From assembly GCA_051294375.1 (NCBI GenBank), contig CM119266.1, positions 19,169,657-19,233,656 on the forward strand: 64,000 nt of DNA, given 5' to 3'. Under the pieces are notes generated by a model. That model made no database searches and was not told the DNA's origin. It worked only from the letters and a program-made list of their open reading frames with translations. The DNA is from Paraspadella gotoi (taxonomy: Eukaryota; Animalia; Chaetognatha). The position numbers were made by a program, and so were the translations under genes. Position 1 is the first letter of the stretch; the number at the start of each line of letters is the position of its first letter. Below, one piece after another: positions 55,201 through 64,000 of this stretch.

Positions 55201-56833
55201 TCCCTTCCAGGCGCCTGTTTTCTTCATTTACCATCCAGACGACTAAAGAAACTTTGCCCTCCTCCCCCTCGAATATCTTAGAATCAACTCTTTATTTTGT
55301 TTTTAAGTATTTTTTTTTATTTAAACCTGATTTTTTTTTAATGCTGCTTTGAAAATCTTAATTTTTTTATGATATTAATATTTGAATATTTTAGGGATTA
55401 GGTTAGTGGTGAGGGTTGGTTTTCGAGTTTAGTATTAGAAATTAGGTTAGGAATTAGGGTTAAAGATTAGGTTATGGGATAGATTGGAGTTCAATATTAG
55501 AGTTTAAATTCATCTTCAAAATTAAGTATCAGGTATGGGGCGCTTTCGGAAAAGAGAGCATTTCTCAAAAATCCTGTAGCTTCTTACAGGAAGTCGTTTC
55601 GCAATTCCATATAATTTGGACCTCTTGTGAATCAGTGGTTTGATGAAAGAGGACATGGCTCCCTTTTGAAGCTCTTCCTTATCTCGATTGGAGATAAGTG
55701 GCATGAAATTAAGAGAAAGAGATGATGGAGAAGAGAGAGAGAGAGAAATAAGGATATTTTTTGAAGAACCGGGCGGCTGCGGCTCTCGAGTCTGTCAGTC
55801 ATATCGTGAGAGGACAGAGTGTTTGTTTGCGAAACCCAATCGACTTCCGTTGGTCGGCGATCTTGTTTACTTGCTATCTCATTGAGAAAGAAAGAGATGG
55901 AAAGAAAGTGAGAAACATGATGCCTTTGCTGTTAATTTAGTCTACGAATGACCCCTACACAGCACACACAGCCTTTCACGTAAGATCACACGAGTTGTGG
56001 TCTTCTTCCTTAAAACAACATCGATCCTTTCTAAAAATAGTTTCGCCTACGCCTCCGATGCTGATGCTATTAAGTAAAAATTGTTGTATTAACTCTAGCT
56101 CTTTCTTGTTCATTAAGAATTTGTGTAAACGGAATTTACTTTTGTTATATCGACTTTTCTCCCGCCCTTTCGCTCGAACAAGACCACGAAACAAAAACGG
56201 GGACGACGACGACTACAGTTGAAAAATCTCTGCAGTTTTCTTCTTGGTTTTAAATTTCTACTCCCAAGGGTGGAGATTTTTTCAACTCAGAATTTTCTTT
56301 TTTTTTTAGTAAAAAATTCTTTTGAATTAAAGAAAATATTTTGGAATAAAAACTGGTCGGTTTTTAGCACCGGTCGTAGATTCATTTTTTAAAAACTTTT
56401 CCCCGTCGAAACTTTGGATCCAGAAAAATCTGAAATTTTGGTGTGCGAAACCCATACCTTCAAGTTACAAGTTACAACTTTCAAATTTGAAGATTTGTCT
56501 AGTTAAGATCCTAGTATATACTCTTTTCGATAGGACGACATCCCTGGACTGTGAAAAATGTTTTAAAAAATGTTATAAAATTGTGAGCAACGACTAAACT
56601 CGGCCGAGTGATCGAAAGCGAATCTCGGATTCTTCCCTCACACTCACAACGGTCTCGTCTAGGTTCTCGGTTCGCCGTCGGAAATGGATAGATTTTAGGC
56701 TTTCGTAAGCATTGAGTTAAAAGGGAAAACACTGGCCACTTTTAAGACTTTTGAAGGCGAAGTCAACCGAAAAAACCGTCGCACTTAATTGAATGTCGGA
56801 ATATGAAGAAGAGATGACCCGGGGAAGGATATT

Positions 56834-56914
<81 letters not shown>

Positions 56915-59504
56915 TACACACACACACAAAACACGTACGTGTACTTTGCCGGGGGCGCTAATTTGAGACTTCATCTTGAAGTGAAAAAGTTTCATTTTTT
57001 CTCGCCGACGATGAATTCAGACTCAGGAATTTTCCTGAGGAAAAGAAGGGCGGCGGCAAATTTTGACAGACCAGTTTATGTACCCAGTTTATGTCATATT
57101 AATTTGTTGGTTTTTTTTTTGTTATTTCATATTTTTTTTCTCGTTTCATCAAACAGTTCCTTAGTGCTCGAGGTTAGATTAAAAAAAAAAATTAGGAAGG
57201 GAAAATGTTTGTTGTTGTCGTTGCAATTAATATACATCAAACAAGTTTCCTAAAATGGCAGCGAGATTTCCGAAACCACCCCCCATTTCTGTTCCTATTA
57301 ATCCCAGAACTTAATTTTAATATCGCACATTATAATCTCACTAAAAATATTTTATATTTAAGTCATTAACTAATAATTTAACTATACTTAACCGTAATTA
57401 AGTAATTAAGTAATTATGAATTTAAGCACTTTCGGAAAGTGTGGCCAAAATTTTTTTTTACCCACAGGCAATGACATACAACTCGAAAAACGTAATAAAA
57501 CGTACATAAGTAAGTGTAAGATTCAGCACGTTTATAAAAAAAAAATAAATAGTAGGTTGACTAAGGATATTATAATGAATTTAATTAATGTGAGTTTGCT
57601 GATAACTATTTTCACTCCCCTAACTTTGACGTGAAATTCGAAGGAATGAGAAGAACTGCCCCCCCCCCTCCCTCTCTCCCCCTACTTTTCATTTTCGTCG
57701 AAAACAGTCTGAAGCGCCGCATGTTTTGGATTTCAATGTTTTTAATTTTTCTCAATAATTCTTGTCACATGTTTTTTAAAATGTCGGGGGTTTTTTCGTT
57801 GTTTTCTATCGAATTCCTATTAATTTAACTACATTTGGGCACAAAAATAAAATATGTCAAATTTTTAATTGAACCTTTAACTTTTTAGTCGCTTCGACAA
57901 ATACATAAAAGCTTTAATAATTAATTAGATGTATCTCGTTAATAAAAAAAAAAAACTGTCAGGCGTATGAAATTATTTCGAGTATACGGACATAAATCTG
58001 TCTTTTAATATGTGTTTAACCTCCCTTCTGTCTTTGTTTTTGTCTGTTTTGAGTTCTGACAAGTCGTGAAATATCAAAAGGACAAATAAATCGCTTTGTT
58101 TTTATTATAAATACAATGTACACATTATATTATACATAGACCTAGTATAAATATCGATTTCCTTTAACAAGAATTGGGAAAAAAAAGAACTGGTAAGACG
58201 ATCAGAGAGCTGTTTTTCGTTCCTGACTGTTCTGACTGTTGCGATGATTGTTAACAGAGTCGAACCGGTGAGGTTTCGTCCTGAATCGGATTCACTCGTC
58301 GTTTCGATGCGCGGGAATAAATATTTCTGTTTCTCGTCAAATTTTGATCGAAGGTCGAGACTGGGATTTCCTTTTTGAACGAGTCGAGACCTTCAAGCCC
58401 AGAGGCCTTGGTTGCCTAAAGTAAATAGGGTTAAAAGCGACTCTCATTCTCAAGGAATCTCAGAAGATCCATTCAGAAGATCCATTCAAAAAACACAAAA
58501 TGGCCTTTGAATTAACTTGGGTGTATGCGCGACGAGAGATTAAGAGAGAGAGAGAGACGCTACAAATAAAAAAAAAAGAACATAAAAAAGCCTAGAAAAT
58601 TTAAAAAAAACATATAAAGGGAAGAGAAGAACCACTGCTTAATTTAACAAGGCATTTACAACTTTTTTTTCTCTCAAACGATTCGTTCACAGATTTTACC
58701 ATCTCTCACTTACCACTTTCACCCTCGACATTTCAACCCTTTTCAAATTTCACCACCTCTCACAACTTTGCCAGTTTCGATTTCCCAATCTCTCGCCACT
58801 TTTCAGTTTCCACCTTAACACTCGATCCTGCTCGATGAGCAAAGCGCTAGGGCTAAACCACAAAGGTTTTTTTTATTAATATATATACATATTTATACTT
58901 ATCAACATATTGGAAAATATTTATAACAGTCAGCTCCTTGTATTTTAATGCTTGTGCTGAGTCGGATAGTTTTCCTCCATCGAATTGTCTTTAACCTAAA
59001 TCATTCAGATAAAAAGAAAAAAGAAAATTGGTAAACAAATAATGCTATTAACTGTCCAGAAAATATTTTAGGTGGCATTTTTGCTTAGAACCAGAATATT
59101 AGTAGGCAGCTAATGCTACTGCTACAACCACCACTCTCATTTTTAACTCTCGACCCAAAATCATTTCTCCTTTCTTCCTTCCTTCTTCTCCACTTTTCGC
59201 TTTTCACAAAAACAACGAACTTGGGATCCAAAAACGGATCCAGTTTCGATACGAACTTAATCCAATGAGAAAATTCTCGCTTGAAATTAAATCTCCTTCA
59301 AGGAAAATAAGGAAAGAGTGAGAGCGAGAGATTGTGGGAGACAAGACACTGAATTTCTTGGCCTGGTTTTTGCAGCCCTAGGGCCTTATTGTCTCAGGAA
59401 ATGCTTAACAGTTTTTAGGGCAACACTGCTTTTCCATTGTTATCAAGGACGAATGAAAATGAAAATGTAATCAGTTGTATGTTTGCTGTGAAAAAAAATC
59501 AAAG

Positions 59505-59539
<35 letters not shown>

Positions 59540-59864
59540 ACTTGAAAGTCGAGCTTCGAATATTAAATGAGAAATATAAAAAATAAAAATCTGCCTCTTG
59601 GGTGGTTTTTTTTTCGCTCGATGTAGAACGGGAAAATTTTTTTTTCTTTTCTTCATTCTAAAATGTGAAAAACCGAGATTAATGCTATATTCATACTTAT
59701 CGTTTTGGGGTCGAAGCTAAATGGTGTTGAGCGTGGACGACGACCTTTACAGAATTTGATGCCGAGGGCAAACTTGCTTAATGGTCATTCTTATTCTATA
59801 TTTTCGTTGGAACAAACTCATCGGACAATACAATTTTCGATTCCTTGGCGTGGGCAATATTTTA

Positions 59865-59965
<101 letters not shown>

Positions 59966-61800
59966 CTGTAAGTTTAATATCTTTCGCCTTCTCTCGCCGC
60001 GTTCGACGTCCCGCGGTTTTTTTCAAAATCTCTCCGATATATTCTTTTTTTTTTTCTAATTATTTTTCTTGACTTTCCGAATAAATTCGACTCCTCCCCC
60101 CCGCCCCCCCAAATTCTACCATCACCAATCGCGCAAACATGTGCCGCGCAATAGTTCCTTCTGATGCCTTTTGTTTGAAACCATTTAATTTCTAATCTTA
60201 ACGAACTTTCCTCTCTACTTTATCTTATATCTATCACTCTCTCTTTCTCTCTCCTTGCCCTTCATCTCTCTCTCCCTCTCTCGTCTGTCCCTCTCCATGG
60301 AAAAACGACGAAAATGTGCGCTTCCCGACTCTACAATAAACTTGTTGAGTAAGATAATTCACCCAATTTTAGAGAAAAGAAAAAACAGGCAAGTGTCACA
60401 CAAAAATCTGTTCTTCATTTTTAAGAAAAGACCAAAGAAACAAAGAAAGAAAGAAGAAAGAAAGAAAAAGAAAGAAGAAGAAAGAAAGAAAGAAAGAACA
60501 AAGAAAGAAAGCAAGCAAGCAAGCAAAGCAGCAGTGAAAAGAAAGACTCTTAAACGCCGCGACTCTCAATAGTCTTTTTTTTGTTTTTTTTGCCTTTTCC
60601 CTCCTTAGGACATTTAGTAAAACTCAGCGCGTAGGGTACTGAACGACACGGGAGCGGCGGGGTGAGCCACCATCCAGTCCCTCGTCCGTCTCCCCATCGC
60701 CGCCCTGCACTCCCGCTCCCCCCGCCACTTCCCCGTGCGGGCAGCGCGAGGAGAGGAGGAGGCTAGGAGGAGATTATGGGAGAGAGAGAGAAGGAGATAG
60801 AGAGGGAGATAGGAGGAGGAGGAGGGAGAGAGAGAGGATGCGAGAGAGAGGGAGACGCTCATTAGGCAGAGAGAGAGGGAAAGCAGAGCGGAGAGAGAGA
60901 GAAGGGAGAGAGAGAGGCCAAAAGGACGGCGAGGCAAAGGCTGGAGAGAGAGAGGCTTGGAGAGAGAGAGAGCGGAGAGAGGAAAAGGTGGAAGTAGAAA
61001 TGGTACCTATGTATTTCACATTAATTTACATTAATTCTCTCCCGAAAAAAAAAAAAATCGTCCGGAAATATTTTAAGAACGGCACGTTTAAAATCGAACT
61101 GCTCTGCATGCTTATTTCATCAAATTTTGAAATTATAAAAAAAATTTTTATCCGATACGATGGCTGTTTTATACTTATCCTATCAATTCCATGTATCGAT
61201 CGCCAATGAATAACATAAATTTAATGAAATCATTAGGCCTGCTATCGATCGATTGAAATTTTCGTGGGTTCTCCGTTCGCGGCAGTTTTGACGACGTCAC
61301 GCAAGATTACTGTATATAACATACAATACATTACCATAGTGTATAACCAAACTCATCTTTTAACCTTTAACTCTATTAAAAACTGACCGAGTAACAGATT
61401 CTCTAACCCTAGTTTTCTTTCTTATAAGTGAAGACGAGCAACCGCCTCTTTCTCTTTCACTTTTTTCTATGTATTCGTTTGTATTAATTTTCCATTTATC
61501 ATTTAAATTGATTAGGTTTTGTCCTATTTTCACTTTTTTCATCGCAAGAGAAAATCACGTCGAAAGAAAAATAATGAAGAGATCGGAGAATTATTACCTG
61601 AGGGAGAGAAAGCCACATTAAAAAGCTTTTCGCGAAAGCTATAAGCTAAGGTTTTTTTTTTTTTTCTCATCTCCTCTCTCTCTCTCTCTCTCTCTGTCCC
61701 TCTCCTCTGTCTCTCTGAACAGTTTGTCCGCTTTCCCCCCCGCATTTTGTCCTGACGCTTTAGGTTCTTCCCGCGCTTCCACATTCATCCATCCATGTAG

Positions 61801-62793
61801 GCATCAAATTCGCATGAACTTACCAACGAGACCAATGACCCCATCCAACGACCCCTCATGACCGCCAACGACTTCGCCAACGACCCGCAAAGACGTCATT
61901 GCAGCAAAAAGCGCGGCGGAAGAAAACAGAAGCCCGAACGTGTAGAGGATTGGTTGGAACCGCCGGCGTGATTTTGTTTGGACCATCGAACGTGAATATC
62001 GGAAGTCGAAAAAACGAGAAGAGAAACAAAGAACAAAACCGAATCTCCAGCGATACTCACGAAAAACATCGTCCAGAAATCGTCGAACGGTTCGGCGAAA
62101 CAGAGGCGAAAATCGAATAAATCCGGATGCTGTTTCCGAGTCTGCTCTGACAACGAAATGGAATTTTCGCGTTCAGAGTCTTCTTTAATTCTCCATCGTA
62201 TTCCTCGTCATCATCATCATCTTCCTCTTTCTTCGATCAAACATCTTCTCGGCTTCGAGAGGCGGAACTCTCCTCATCCTCCTCGGGTCGCATCCTCCAG
62301 CGCCCAAACTGCCGGCGCCACGAATCCCCGAAGACCCGCGGCGAATCCGAAACGCCAAACGACGGCCCGCCAAATACTTCAGCTACGTGGGCGGTCACGG
62401 GGGTCCCGTACGGGGTCGCTTCGATGACAACTATTTCGATTATACCATAGAAGCAGGTTCCTCTACCGGAACTCAACGTCCTTGTCCGGATCGGACGGAC
62501 TATTCCGACTTTTCGCCAATCCCATCGACGCCGTCGAATCGGACGTCGGCACAAAGATATCTACTTTCGATTACGCCGACCGAATCCCAGGGCGACCGGG
62601 AGTTCACAAGGATCGCCTCTTTCACAAATCGGGTCCAAGGCGGGTCGCCAATATTGAGAGAGGCTTCGACGTTATTGCCAACTACGTACATCCGGAGCTT
62701 ACTCCTCCGACCGATCAACCAGGATTCGAATTTACGAAAGACTATTACGATCTACTAGACAAAAATTCACATTATTCACCAGGTTATACATGA
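61801..62793 (+). other. Coding-like GC-rich segment with frame breaks (unidentified exon(s), pseudogene or low-quality sequence)
   Basis: Pyrimidine tract and acceptor CATGTAG| at 61800, then overlapping + strand ORFs with exon-like composition but no single open frame and no recognisable domain. Confidence 0.3.
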
Positions 62794-63082
62794 GAAAAGA
62801 ATAATTTCGATAAAGTAAAAAAAATTTCATCTGTTTACATTGAAGAGCGTACTTCGGAGAGTACTAGCGGAGCAACTCTATAGCTAAGTCTCTCTCGCTG
62901 GTTCAGTCCCTGTCGGAATGTCCGTCGGTTTGGTTTTTTTTTTTGCTAAAACTTGAGTTAATAAACCATAAGATGCTTCTGTGCAATATGTTCCACTTGG
63001 TTGTCACGTGATCATCAGAAACTGCATATGGTCTTTTTCATACAATTGAAACATTCTGTGAATTTTATAACCAAATCATTAT

Positions 63083-63235
63083 ATGGGAAGCAGTACTCTG
63101 GCAAGTGATAAACAAGACTGTGAGAGAGTCTCGATTGAAAGCTTGCAGCACCTGCTATGTCCATATCTTGTAAGAGGTGATGGAGATCTTAAACCACCAA
63201 AGCATGTCCAAAGTCAGGGGCAAGATAGCTTATTA
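63083..63235 (-). repeat. Dispersed repeat family A copy
   Basis: CTTAAACCACCAAAGC.TGTCCAAAGTCAGGGGCAAGATAGCTTATT shared with the other copies. Confidence 0.75.
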
Positions 63236-63399
63236 ATAGCTAGTTCTGAGGCGGCAACATTTTGAATTCGTTTATTACATAAATAACTTGTTACATCAAT
63301 CATTTATGTCATTATAACGAAATAAGTTTAACTCAATAATTCGATAAATGAATAGCATTTAATACGTTTTCGTCCTTCATCCCTTCCGATCTTCCGCTC

Positions 63400-63852
63400 C
63401 GCAAGAAGTGGGAATCTGACTTGACGATTTAGCCCGAGTCCAACGAGCTCCTTCAAACTCCTCGTGAAAAACTACCGATCCGACAATTCGCGTCAATCGA
63501 CGGGCTTCCGCCAACGAGGCAGGCTTGGATCGACGAGAAGCTCCACCAGACTTCCAAATTTCCCGAAACCGCCGCCACGTGACGACTTCGCGCACGACAC
63601 CGCCTCCCGCCGCCATTGCCAGCATCCGCTCGGTCCGGAATCGTCGGCAAAGTAAACAACGACGACGACGACTTGAATCGACAATGAAGACGACGTAGAT
63701 GTTCGCTTCGAAGTTAAAGCCACCCGCGGTTATCCACCTGGAAAACGAAGAGGAACAAATCATCGACGGTAAACCGAATAAAAACTCTGCGTTTAAAAAG
63801 GAAAGAAAACAAGTTCGCTGCTTACTAAATAAAAACAAAACAATAAACGTCG
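63400..63852 (+). other. Second coding-like GC-rich segment with frame breaks
   Basis: Composition like exons elsewhere in the window; possible donor GTAAGT at ~63852; no recognisable domain. Confidence 0.25.
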
Positions 63853-64000
63853 TAAGTGAAGTCGAGCAAGAAGGTGACCCGAAACACCCGCCTTTTTTTT
63901 TTTGTTTCACCCACGAATTTCAATTTTTTTCACTCGTTGCTTTGACCATTGATGGCATTAAATGGATAATTAACTCCGGGTCGTCCATTAACTATGACAC

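Noticed and set aside
58268-58302. Minus-strand GGACGAAAC hammerhead-like half
   Set aside because: Core reads ACGACGA instead of CUGANGA; stems I and III absent.

Overview
AT-rich, CpG-undepleted metazoan genomic DNA with short spliceosomal introns. Left to right it holds: (1) a 5'-truncated ~28-exon + strand gene (<1-9761) for a Ser/acidic low-complexity protein with a possible KRAP/ITPRID-like motif; (2) a 7-exon AGO-clade Argonaute (10800-15189) with intact DEDH tetrad, an RGG insertion inside the N domain and one GC-AG intron; (3) a convergent ankyrin-repeat gene; (4) two tandem AT-hook + C2H2 zinc-finger paralogues (rotund/Lin-29/ZNF384-like); (5) an MBTD1/Sfmbt-like FCS + 4xMBT gene; (6) a microsatellite-rich right third with a ~3.4-4 kb inverted duplication around an N gap, probably an assembly artefact. 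Most notable is a family of short Penelope-like hammerhead-ribozyme elements: three copies with a ribozyme core plus one truncated copy. Three of the four are folded back into inverted-repeat hairpins and sit upstream of, inside and downstream of Argonaute. Also present are DINE-1-like Helentron elements, a structured tRNA-derived SINE, and several MITE families. All alignments and splice models were made by eye; no database searches were run.
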